Shown here: positions 17,195 to 25,797 of the stretch, piece after piece | Position numbering within the stretch: position 1 is the stretch's first letter | How the letters are laid out: each line of letters opens with the position of its first letter | Notes under the pieces: generated by a model | The model's database searches: none | What the model was told of the DNA's origin: nothing | What the model saw: the letters and a program-made list of their open reading frames with translations, nothing else | Program-made: the position numbers and the translations under genes | Source of the DNA: Terrimicrobiaceae bacterium | GTDB taxonomy: Bacteria; Verrucomicrobiota; Verrucomicrobiia; Chthoniobacterales; Terrimicrobiaceae | DNA length: 32,544 nucleotides | Reading direction: 5' to 3' | NCBI GenBank assembly: GCA_041752695.1 | Contig: JBGSVZ010000071.1 | Location: forward strand, 1 to 32,544

Positions 17195-18690
17195 ACGACC
17201 TCTGCATTCTCTCCTGCGGGGCGATTCCTGATGGCTCCACCCTCAATACGTCCGCCATCAACCGCGCCATCTCAGAGCAGGCTTCGGCCGGTGGCGGCCG
17301 CGTCATCGTCCCGCGCGGGATCTTCCTTTCGGGCACGATTGAACTAAAGTCCGGCACCACGCTTCATTTGGAAGAAGGCGCGGTCCTGCTCGGTTCGCCG
17401 CGCCTTGAGGATTACATCGCGCGGACATGGGGTCACCACAACGACATCACCCCATGGCATTTCATTCTGGCCGAGGACTGTGAGAACATCGCAATCACCG
17501 GCCCCGGCGCAATCCGGGGTAACGGCCCGGCCTTCTGGGAACCGGAACGTCCGCACGAGTGGGCGTTCTTCAAGCACAAGAACAACCAGCGTCCCAGCCC
17601 GATGGTCGAGATCGTCCGTTGCCGTCATGTTTTGATCGACGGCGTGCGACTGGAGGATTCGGCCGGATGGACGCTCCACGGCCACGACTGCGATCACCTC
17701 CGCATCGAGGGGCTTACGATCCGCAACACGCCGTTCGGCCCGAACGCCGACGGGATCGACCTCACAGGCTGCCAGGATGTGATTATTCACGGCTGCGACA
17801 TCGACACAGCGGACGATGCCATCGCATTGAAGACGAGCGAATACAGCCGGTCTTGCGAGCGGGTGGCGATCAGCGATTGCATCCTGCGGACCTCGTGCGT
17901 CGGGGTTCGCATCGGATACGAATCGCGGGAGGATTTCCGGGATATCGTGGTCTGCAATCTTGTCATTCCCCGCTGCACGCGAGTCATCGATTTGCGGGCA
18001 ATTGAAGGCTGCACGATCGAACGCGTCCGGTTTACGAACATTGTGGCAAATACGGACGGCGGCTGGCCGGCGAGTCGGGCTATTGAGGTCATCCAGCTTG
18101 ACCGTCCGAATATTTTCAAAGACCTGCTCCCGCCGGAGCATCAGGATTTCGGCAAGGATCGCCCGCTCAAGCAATCCAGTGTGATCCGGGACATCTCGTT
18201 CACCGGGCTCGACATCACGACCGACGGCAGGATCACAATCGTCGGGAAGCCGGACCTCCCGGTGGAGGGAATCCGGTTTTCGGATCTGCGCCTGAGATAT
18301 CCTGTGCTTGACGATGCCACCCCGTTTCGCGAAGCGCAAACGATCAGCTTCATTCCAGGCGACTATGCCGACGCGCGCGGGGCGAATGCATCGTTTGTCG
18401 TCCAACATGCGAGGGACATCGAGATCAGGGGCCTCAGGCTGCGGTGGCCCACGTTCCCTGTTGGTCCGAGAAATCTTTTTCAGTCCGAAAACCGCCTTGC
18501 TTCGCCATTCTGGAACGGCCACGAAGAAGAAATCCGCTCGGGTGCGCATCGCGTCTCGTACCACCTGGTTTGGGCGCGCGATGCGGACGTTATGCTCATG
18601 GGACGCGGGCTCCACGCCAGCGAGCCGGACCATCCTGCCGTGGATGCTGATCCCGAAAGCCGTGTAAGAATCGATGACGCCACATCTTAG
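17191..18690 (+). CDS. Glycoside hydrolase family 28-like parallel beta-helix enzyme
   Basis: GAIPDGSTLNTSAINRAI, GGGRVIVPRGIFLSGTIELKSGTTLHLEEGAVLLGS, catalytic PNADGID and ADDAIALK. No signal peptide. Confidence 0.9.
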   Translation: MNDLCILSCGAIPDGSTLNTSAINRAISEQASAGGGRVIVPRGIFLSGTIELKSGTTLHLEEGAVLLGSPRLEDYIARTWGHHNDITPWHFILAEDCENIAITGPGAIRGNGPAFWEPERPHEWAFFKHKNNQRPSPMVEIVRCRHVLIDGVRLEDSAGWTLHGHDCDHLRIEGLTIRNTPFGPNADGIDLTGCQDVIIHGCDIDTADDAIALKTSEYSRSCERVAISDCILRTSCVGVRIGYESREDFRDIVVCNLVIPRCTRVIDLRAIEGCTIERVRFTNIVANTDGGWPASRAIEVIQLDRPNIFKDLLPPEHQDFGKDRPLKQSSVIRDISFTGLDITTDGRITIVGKPDLPVEGIRFSDLRLRYPVLDDATPFREAQTISFIPGDYADARGANASFVVQHARDIEIRGLRLRWPTFPVGPRNLFQSENRLASPFWNGHEEEIRSGAHRVSYHLVWARDADVMLMGRGLHASEPDHPAVDADPESRVRIDDATS

Positions 18691-18720
18691 CCCAATCGCC
18701 CGACGCGTTGGATCGCTTGC

Positions 18721-20793
18721 ATGAACGTTTCTACAAGAACCGATGCCGTTGATTGTTTTCATGGCGTGGATGGAGCTGGAAGCTGTCTGCCCGGCCCCTA
18801 CCGGCCGTTCGCGATGGTCCGGGTGGGACCGGATACGACCAATCCAAACCCCACCGGATACGCAGGGGGAGAGCGGCTCCTGAGGTTCAGTCACACCCAC
18901 GTGAGCGGCACGGGGGGGCAGGGGCGCTACGGCAATATTGGTGTCACTCCGCATTGGCAGCAGCCAAGATTGAATCCAGTGGCGCTGCGCATCGAGAGCG
19001 AGTCGGCCCGGCCGGGGTATTACTGTTCTCAACTCGAGCCCGGTGGAATCACCGCCGAACTGACAAGCACGCATCGCGGGGCGCTTCATCGCTACAAATT
19101 CGAGTCGGATGCCGGATTCTTCGGCACAAGGAATCCCCACATCGTGATCGATCCTTGCTCGGCAATCGCCGGAGAATGTGTCGATGCCCGGATCGCCTGG
19201 ACCGACGCCCGCTCATGCGAGGGATTCGGGACGCTCCGTGGAGGGTGGGGGCACGACGAGCCCTACACGATCTATTTCTCCGCCGCGTTGCGATCGGAGC
19301 CGCTCGAGCGGTGGTGTCAGCGGGGAATTGCAAAACACAACGCTGTGATAGAGGGTCCGGGAAGCTTTGCCTGTGCTTGTCTTCCTGTCGGTGCCTTGGT
19401 TGAGCTGGAAGTTGGGATTTCCTATGTCAGCATCGAACAAGCTCGGGCCAACCGGGAAGCGGAACTGGCCGGGCGCAGCTTCGAGGAGTTGGCCCGGCAG
19501 GGCGATAAAGAATGGGAACAGGTGTTCTCCGCGTTGGAAATCCGGACCGACGATACGGAGTTGAGAACTTTGTATTACACGATGCTTTACCGGCTGTTTG
19601 CCATGCCGGATGATCTTGGACTGGACGAGTGCCCGTGGCTTGAGAATCGCGGCCGCCAATTCGATAACCTCTATTGCCTCTGGGACAGTGTGCGCAATGC
19701 GAACAGCTTCTTCGCGCTCTGGAGGCCGCAATTCCAAGCAGATCTTGTCAATGCGCTCTTGGAAATTGGAGACCACACCGGGTGGTGTCCTGATGCGTGG
19801 ATCATGGGCCGCAGTGCTCAGGTTCAGGGGGGAGCGTCGGGGGATGTGCTTTTCCTTGAAGCGGCCCTCAAGCGCCTGCCGGGCGTTGATCCGCGGCGGT
19901 GTTACGAACAAATGCTCAAGGAACGTGAAACTCCGTCGCCGGACCCCCGGTTTTTCGGCCGTTACCCGGAGTATTTTGCAAACGGGCCCATGACGGACGA
20001 CATCCCTCAATGCGTGTCCCGCACCATTGAATACGCCCATCAGGACGATTGCCTTGCGCGGCTCGCCGGGCAACTGGGCGAGGCGGACGTTGCCTCAGAA
20101 GCCCGCGCCCGCTCCGCCAGATTGTGGGAACTATGGAGAGACGATTTGAAATGCTTTTCCCCTCGCAACCGCGCCTGGGAGTGGGTGGAGCCATTCGATC
20201 CCTGGCAGCCAGCGCGCAGGGATTTTTGGAACGACCCCTGGTTCTACGAGGGGACTGCGCACGAGTGGGCCCTGACCGCCATTCATGATATTCCTGGCCT
20301 CATCGCCCGTCACGGGGGACCGGAAGGGTTCACCCGGCATCTGGATGCCATGATCGAAGGCGGATTTTATCTTTGGAAAGAAATCATCCTGCATGTTCCG
20401 TGGCTTTACCACTGGGTCGGCCGACCGGACCGCAGCGCCGTGCAAGTGCGCAAGTGCCTTACGGAGCACTTCAGGCCGGGCCGCGAGGGACTTTCCGATA
20501 ACGAGGATATGGGCAGCCAGAGCAGCTATGCCGTCGGGGCAATCACCGGCATTTACCCCGTAATGGGCACAGACTTGTATTTGGTGATTCCCCCCCTGGC
20601 TGACGAGGTTAAGTGGCAAGTTGGCCCGAGGTCTTTGCCATTGAGAGTTCGAAAGGATCCTGCGCTGGACGGGATTCGATGGAATACCGTGCCCTTAGAT
20701 CGTGCGTGGCTCCGCCACGAAGAGTTGGCAGGCGGCGGCGAACTCATCGTCGGAAGCAATCTTGACGCCCATAGTTCCCGCCCTCCTGCATGA
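18721..20793 (+). CDS. Glycoside hydrolase family 92 (alpha-mannosidase family)
   Basis: PGPYRPFAMVRVGPDT, FSHTHVSGTG, ESARPGYY, LYYTMLYR, LWDSVR, VSRTIEYA, FYEGTA, NEDMGSQSS. Confidence 0.92.
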   Translation: MNVSTRTDAVDCFHGVDGAGSCLPGPYRPFAMVRVGPDTTNPNPTGYAGGERLLRFSHTHVSGTGGQGRYGNIGVTPHWQQPRLNPVALRIESESARPGYYCSQLEPGGITAELTSTHRGALHRYKFESDAGFFGTRNPHIVIDPCSAIAGECVDARIAWTDARSCEGFGTLRGGWGHDEPYTIYFSAALRSEPLERWCQRGIAKHNAVIEGPGSFACACLPVGALVELEVGISYVSIEQARANREAELAGRSFEELARQGDKEWEQVFSALEIRTDDTELRTLYYTMLYRLFAMPDDLGLDECPWLENRGRQFDNLYCLWDSVRNANSFFALWRPQFQADLVNALLEIGDHTGWCPDAWIMGRSAQVQGGASGDVLFLEAALKRLPGVDPRRCYEQMLKERETPSPDPRFFGRYPEYFANGPMTDDIPQCVSRTIEYAHQDDCLARLAGQLGEADVASEARARSARLWELWRDDLKCFSPRNRAWEWVEPFDPWQPARRDFWNDPWFYEGTAHEWALTAIHDIPGLIARHGGPEGFTRHLDAMIEGGFYLWKEIILHVPWLYHWVGRPDRSAVQVRKCLTEHFRPGREGLSDNEDMGSQSSYAVGAITGIYPVMGTDLYLVIPPLADEVKWQVGPRSLPLRVRKDPALDGIRWNTVPLDRAWLRHEELAGGGELIVGSNLDAHSSRPPA

Positions 20794-20832
20794 GTCCGCT
20801 GATGGAAACCAAGAAAATCAAACCCTCTCTCA

Positions 20833-22392
20833 ATGAATTATCTCGAAGACCTTCGCTACTACTTCCCACGGGGCACGCCACTGGACCTCACGATCTCCTG
20901 TGACCTCTGCATTTATGGCGGAAATTCCGGAGGCGTGATCGCCGCCATCGCAGCCAAGCGACGGGGGCTGAGTGTGGCACTTCTTGAGCCGGGTAAACAC
21001 CTCGGTGGACTGACGGCCGGAGGCCTTACTTACACAGATATCGGAAACAAACGCGCGATCGGCGGGCTCTCCCGCGAATTTTATCGGCGGGTGGGAGCGC
21101 GATATGGGAAGCCGGAATTCTGGACGTTTGAACCGCATGTTGCGGAGGAAGTTTTCCGGGACTGGCTGACGGAGGAGAAGATCGAGTGCCACTTCCTGAG
21201 TTTTCTCGCCGACGTAAAAATGGAGGATGGGTGTATTCGACAAATCACCACCGAGAACGGCCTTGTGGTGAGCGCACGTCTGTTTATTGACGCCACCTAC
21301 GAGGGCGATCTCATGGCTAAAGCCGGTGTGAGCTACGCAGTCGGGCGTGAGTCGAGCTTCTCCTACAACGAGACTTGGAATGGGCAGCAGTCGCTTGAGC
21401 ATCACCAGTTCCGGCACCCGGTGGATCCTTATGTGGTCGAAGGCAACCCGGCGAGCGGGTTGCTGCCGGGAATCGATCCGGCGCCGTATGAACCGGGAGC
21501 GGGCGATCGGCGCGTGCAGGCCTACAACTTCCGCCTTTGCCTGACTGACGAGCAGGCCAACCGCATTCCCTTCGAGGAGCCCAAGGGCTATCGGCGCGAG
21601 GATTTTGAACTCCTGGCCCGCTACTGTCGGGCTGGTTACGTGCCGTCGTTCTCGAAGTTCGACCGCCTGATCAACGGAAAGGTGGACATGAACAATCACG
21701 GCGCGGTCTCGACAGACTTCATTGGGGGGAATTATGACTTTCCGGAGGCAGATTTCGCCCGGAGGGAGGAGATTTTCCAGGCGCATGTGGCATGGATCCG
21801 GGGCCTGCTTTGGTTCTGGGCAAGCGACCCAGTCGTGCCGGAGGATTTCCAAAAGCCGTTTCAGAGCTGGGGCTGGTGCCGTGATGAGTTTGTCGGGACC
21901 GGCGGGTTCTCTCATGCGCTTTATGTGCGGGAGGCGCGACGACTCGTCGGCGATTTGGTGATGACGGAACATCATTGCATGGGAGCCGAGCGGATCGAGG
22001 ACTCAGTCGGGCTCGCAGCCTATACGATGGACTCGCACAACTGCCGCCGGATCGTCGTTGCCGGGGAGGTCAGGAACGAAGGTGATGTGCAGGTGAGATC
22101 GGGCCCCCCTTACCCGGTCTCCTACCGATCAATCATACCGCGACGCGGCGAGTGCCGGAATTTGTTCATCCCGTTCTGCCTCTCGGCCTCGCACATCGCA
22201 TTCGGGTCGATCCGAATGGAGCCCGTTTTCATGATTCTCGCCGAGTCAGCCGTCGAGGCGGCCGCGATCGCCCTGGAAAATTCCACGGACGTGCAGGCGG
22301 TGCCTTACCCGCAGCTTCGTGAGCGCCTGCTGGCGGCAAATCAGATCCTCGATCCGGTTCCGGATGCAAAAAACCGGCAGGCCGGGGAGTAG
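20833..22392 (+). CDS. FAD-dependent oxidoreductase (PF12831-like)
   Basis: IYGGNSGGVIAAIAA, HLGGLTAGGL, FEPHVAE, FIDATYEGDLMAKAGV, VQAYNFRLCLT, LYVREARRL, YTMDSH, SASHIAFGSIRMEPVFM. Confidence 0.92.
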   Translation: MNYLEDLRYYFPRGTPLDLTISCDLCIYGGNSGGVIAAIAAKRRGLSVALLEPGKHLGGLTAGGLTYTDIGNKRAIGGLSREFYRRVGARYGKPEFWTFEPHVAEEVFRDWLTEEKIECHFLSFLADVKMEDGCIRQITTENGLVVSARLFIDATYEGDLMAKAGVSYAVGRESSFSYNETWNGQQSLEHHQFRHPVDPYVVEGNPASGLLPGIDPAPYEPGAGDRRVQAYNFRLCLTDEQANRIPFEEPKGYRREDFELLARYCRAGYVPSFSKFDRLINGKVDMNNHGAVSTDFIGGNYDFPEADFARREEIFQAHVAWIRGLLWFWASDPVVPEDFQKPFQSWGWCRDEFVGTGGFSHALYVREARRLVGDLVMTEHHCMGAERIEDSVGLAAYTMDSHNCRRIVVAGEVRNEGDVQVRSGPPYPVSYRSIIPRRGECRNLFIPFCLSASHIAFGSIRMEPVFMILAESAVEAAAIALENSTDVQAVPYPQLRERLLAANQILDPVPDAKNRQAGE

Positions 22393-22416
22393 GATTAGAG
22401 GGCAGGATCCTTCCGT

Positions 22417-22500
22417 CGCGCGTTCCGGAGTCTCGTGTCGCAATTGGGGGTTTTTCCCGACGCGTGTCGACCTAGGCACGGAGTGAAAATATGCTAATCA
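22417..22500 (+). promoter_or_regulatory. Direct-repeat operator plus promoter of the GH42-GH28 operon
   Basis: gtCGCgcg(22417), gtCGCAAT(22439) and gaCGCGTG(22461) at a 22-bp period. TAGGCA at 22473 and TGc-TAATCA at 22495 are +34/+56 from 22439. Alternative promoter: TCGACC(22467)-N17-TATGCT(22490). Confidence 0.45.
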
Positions 22501-22579
22501 GGAGGATCATGTTCACCGTGCATGTTCCTCTTGGAGACATCCCGTTACGTCCAAATGCGCAACCTCGCGGTCAGGTATC

Positions 22580-24379
22580 ATGATGAAATACGGAACTGCC
22601 TACTATCCGGACTACTTTCCAGAGTCTGACTGGTCCCAAGACCTTGACCTGATGGGTGCCTGCGGGGTCACAACCGTTAGAATTCTGGAATTTGGGTGGT
22701 GCTTCTACGAACCGACGCCCGAGTCGTTCACTTGGGATGCACTAGATCGTTTTCTGGACCTGTGCCTGACCCGAAACATGGCGGTCTGCCTCTCGACACC
22801 GACGGCCACGCCGCCGCCCTGGTTTTTTCAGCGATTCCCGGATGCGCGGATTGTTGATGCGGATGGCAGGCCGTGTTATTCGCATCGCCACATGGCGTGC
22901 TGGAATCATCCAGCGGCCAGAGCTCATGCCTTTGCGACCATTGAAAGACTAGCCGCTCGCTACGGGAATCATCCGGCCGTTTGGGGCTGGCAGATTGATA
23001 ATGAGCCTAATTATGCCGAGGACCCTAGCGGGTTCTACGATTTTAACCCGAATACACTTCGCGATGGTCAGGACTGGCTGCGGGAGCGTTACTGCACCCT
23101 CGATGCGCTAAACAGTGCGTGGTTCAATGCCTTCTGGTCGCAGTGTTACAATGAGTGGGAGCAAATCTGGGTTACCCATCGACCCCACGTGAACCCCGGC
23201 TCCATGCTCGATTTTCTTCGCTGGCGGGAGCATAATATTGCCGAATTTGTGCAGGCTCAGGCGGCGCTGTTGCGCCGTTGCACGACCGGGCAAAAAATCG
23301 GAGTGAATATTCCAGAGGTTGGCATCCCGTTCTCCACAGCGATCGGACAGGATTATTGGGCCCAGGCTGCAGGACTGGATTGGGTGGGCACTGATCTCTA
23401 CACTGGCAGCCCGGACCGTGAGGCCGACATCGCGGCCATGCGTTTCTCGACCGACCTTATGCGAAGCGTCCGAGACGCCTCCGCGCCGACCGCCGAATTC
23501 CTGATCTCCGAGACGCAGGGCGGCCCGCATCTCCGCTCATGGTCATCGGGTTTTGCCAGCCATCCCTGGGACCCATCCTTTCTTGTCGATTCGGTCCAGA
23601 CCTATGCCCAGCGCGGGGCGGAACAGACCTGGTTTTTTATGTGGCGACCGACTCCGGGAGGGCAGGAAATCGGAATGAACGCGACCACCGATATGGATGG
23701 TGGTGAGAGTGAATATGTCCGGACGATCAGAATGCTATCATCCCGGACGGACGATCTCTTTGAAGCGAAGCAAGAATACGCCAAACGCCCCCTTGCGCTT
23801 GTTCACTACAGCCGCGATACGATCCGCTTTCTCAACTTTTTCAAGGATTTGGAAACGGTTTCGCGCTGCATGCTTGGCACTCACATCTGGCTCGACCGGC
23901 TGGGGTATCGCATCCAATTCATTGCGGATGCGGCGATGGAATTCCCGCTTCCCGCAGCCACTTTGTTGGTTCTACCGGAATCGCACCTCCTTTCTGATCC
24001 GGCCCAGCAGCGCCTCGTTGAGTGGGTGGAAAATCATCCGGAAGGCCAACTCCACCTGGGTCCACACACAGGTTTGCTTGATGAGCGTGGCCAATGGCGC
24101 AGTCCCCAAAAGCTGCCTCTGCTCACTTGGCTGAATCTTCGACCCGGCAACTGGTTTGACCGCTCTGTTGTGGGGCAACATCACGGCCTCCCGGTCTCCG
24201 CTTACCGTGAATTCGCAGGGGGACCGGAGGTGGAAGTCCTCGAGTATCTCCATTCGAGCGGCAGGCGGGTGCCAGCACTCCTGAAGCCCCGCCCGAATGT
24301 TTTCCTCTACACTTACCGTTGGTGCGAACACCTTGCCACCGGGACCGGGACCCTCGCGATTCCCACGACCAGCTCATAA
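22580..24379 (+). CDS. Glycoside hydrolase family 42 (beta-galactosidase family)
   Basis: YGTAYYPD, VRILEFGW..EP, TPTATPPPW, acid/base WQIDNEP, Y.TLDALNSAW...FWSQ.Y and nucleophile region ISETQGG. No signal peptide. Confidence 0.9.
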   Translation: MMKYGTAYYPDYFPESDWSQDLDLMGACGVTTVRILEFGWCFYEPTPESFTWDALDRFLDLCLTRNMAVCLSTPTATPPPWFFQRFPDARIVDADGRPCYSHRHMACWNHPAARAHAFATIERLAARYGNHPAVWGWQIDNEPNYAEDPSGFYDFNPNTLRDGQDWLRERYCTLDALNSAWFNAFWSQCYNEWEQIWVTHRPHVNPGSMLDFLRWREHNIAEFVQAQAALLRRCTTGQKIGVNIPEVGIPFSTAIGQDYWAQAAGLDWVGTDLYTGSPDREADIAAMRFSTDLMRSVRDASAPTAEFLISETQGGPHLRSWSSGFASHPWDPSFLVDSVQTYAQRGAEQTWFFMWRPTPGGQEIGMNATTDMDGGESEYVRTIRMLSSRTDDLFEAKQEYAKRPLALVHYSRDTIRFLNFFKDLETVSRCMLGTHIWLDRLGYRIQFIADAAMEFPLPAATLLVLPESHLLSDPAQQRLVEWVENHPEGQLHLGPHTGLLDERGQWRSPQKLPLLTWLNLRPGNWFDRSVVGQHHGLPVSAYREFAGGPEVEVLEYLHSSGRRVPALLKPRPNVFLYTYRWCEHLATGTGTLAIPTTSS

Positions 24380-24390
24380 ATGCTCATTTC

Positions 24391-25770
24391 ATGATCCAGG
24401 AATTTAATGTCATGACCTTTGGTGCCCTGGGCGACGGCACGACGGATGATGCTTCTGCCATTCAACTCGCCGTGGATGCCTGTGCGTCAGCTGGCGGGGG
24501 TAGGGTGATTATTCCCGCCGGTCACACGTTAATGGCCGGATCCTTCGAACTGAGATCACATGTGGATTTTCATGTGGCAGAGGGAGCGACGCTGCTCAGT
24601 GCCACCGTCATCGAAGCGTTCCCGCGTCGAGTCTTTTCCGGAGGTGAAGAAGCGGAGAAGCGACTCTGGATCGGTGCGAAGCATGCGGAAGATGTTACGC
24701 TTTCCGGTACTGGAACCATCGATGGCCAGTGCCTTGCGTTTGCACTTGGCGAAAACGAATTCATTTACTCCCCGACCCAACGCTGGCGTCCGGCAATGAC
24801 CTGTTTCGAGAACGTCCGACGCATCTCCGTGCGCGACCTCACATTCCGGAATGCCGCCAACTGGACGCTTCATTTCAGCGGCTGTGAGGACGTCTTGGTG
24901 AAGGATGTTCGTATTCTCAACGACCTCCGGTTTCCCAACGCCGACGGCATTGATCCTGACCACTGCCGCCGTGTGAGAATATCGGGATGCCATATTGTCT
25001 CCGCCGACGACTGCATCGTGCTCAAAAATACGGCCTCCTTTACGCAATACGGCTCATGCGAGGACATCGAGATCACGCATTGCCGGCTGGAAAGCGCGTC
25101 TGCTGCTTTCAAAATCGGCTCGGAGTCCCATGGCGACTTCCGGCGTATCAAAATGTCGGACTGCGTGATCGAGCGCAGCAATCGCGGGCTCGCCATCCAG
25201 CTTAGGGATGGAGGAAGCGTGGAGGATGTCGAGTTTCGGAATATCCGGGTCAACACGAAACGATTCTCCCCCGTCTGGTGGGGAGCCGGGGAGGCTATCT
25301 ACGTCACAGCGTTGCCACGGAATCCGGAGACCGTTGTGGGCACGATCCGGAATCTCCGCTTCCGCGACATCGAGTGTGACGGCGAGAATGGGGCCTTGGT
25401 TTTCGGAAATCCAGAGGACCGCATTCGGGACCTGAGCTTCGAGCGGGTGCACGTCGGCATCCGTCGCCACACACCATGGCCGTCCGGCCTGCTCGACCTG
25501 CGGCCGTTCCAGGGTGGTTGTGCGCCGACAAATGGCGAGCCCGACGGTGAGATCACCCCATGGGGATACGTCGTGCGTCGAACTCCCGCGGCTTTCTTGC
25601 TCGACGGCGCGAAGGACATCGTATTCGACGGTGCATCGTATTCGCTGCCTGACGAGGACGTTGTTCCTTGGGACGGTGTCCAGAGCGATTGCTTGGGAGT
25701 TGCAAGCGGAGGCATCTTGGAAAGGGGCAAATTTGTGGTGCCATCCCCACCAAAAAGTCCGACTGTCTGA
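24391..25770 (+). CDS. Glycoside hydrolase family 28-like parallel beta-helix enzyme
   Basis: FNVMTFGALGDGTTDDASAIQLAVDAC, GGGRVIIPAG, PNADGIDPD, ADDCIVLK, AFKIGSES. The start is placed at ATG 24391, 11 bp after the GH42 stop. Confidence 0.9.
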   Translation: MIQEFNVMTFGALGDGTTDDASAIQLAVDACASAGGGRVIIPAGHTLMAGSFELRSHVDFHVAEGATLLSATVIEAFPRRVFSGGEEAEKRLWIGAKHAEDVTLSGTGTIDGQCLAFALGENEFIYSPTQRWRPAMTCFENVRRISVRDLTFRNAANWTLHFSGCEDVLVKDVRILNDLRFPNADGIDPDHCRRVRISGCHIVSADDCIVLKNTASFTQYGSCEDIEITHCRLESASAAFKIGSESHGDFRRIKMSDCVIERSNRGLAIQLRDGGSVEDVEFRNIRVNTKRFSPVWWGAGEAIYVTALPRNPETVVGTIRNLRFRDIECDGENGALVFGNPEDRIRDLSFERVHVGIRRHTPWPSGLLDLRPFQGGCAPTNGEPDGEITPWGYVVRRTPAAFLLDGAKDIVFDGASYSLPDEDVVPWDGVQSDCLGVASGGILERGKFVVPSPPKSPTV

Positions 25771-25797
25771 GTATCTTCGACGGTGATGGTACGCAGT

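Noticed and set aside
17344..19140. Long opposite-strand ORFs (598 aa here; also 11755..12921, 15872..16894, 20830..21975, 26449..27726)
   Set aside because: They are shadow frames of well-supported genes in high-GC DNA and have no recognisable motifs.
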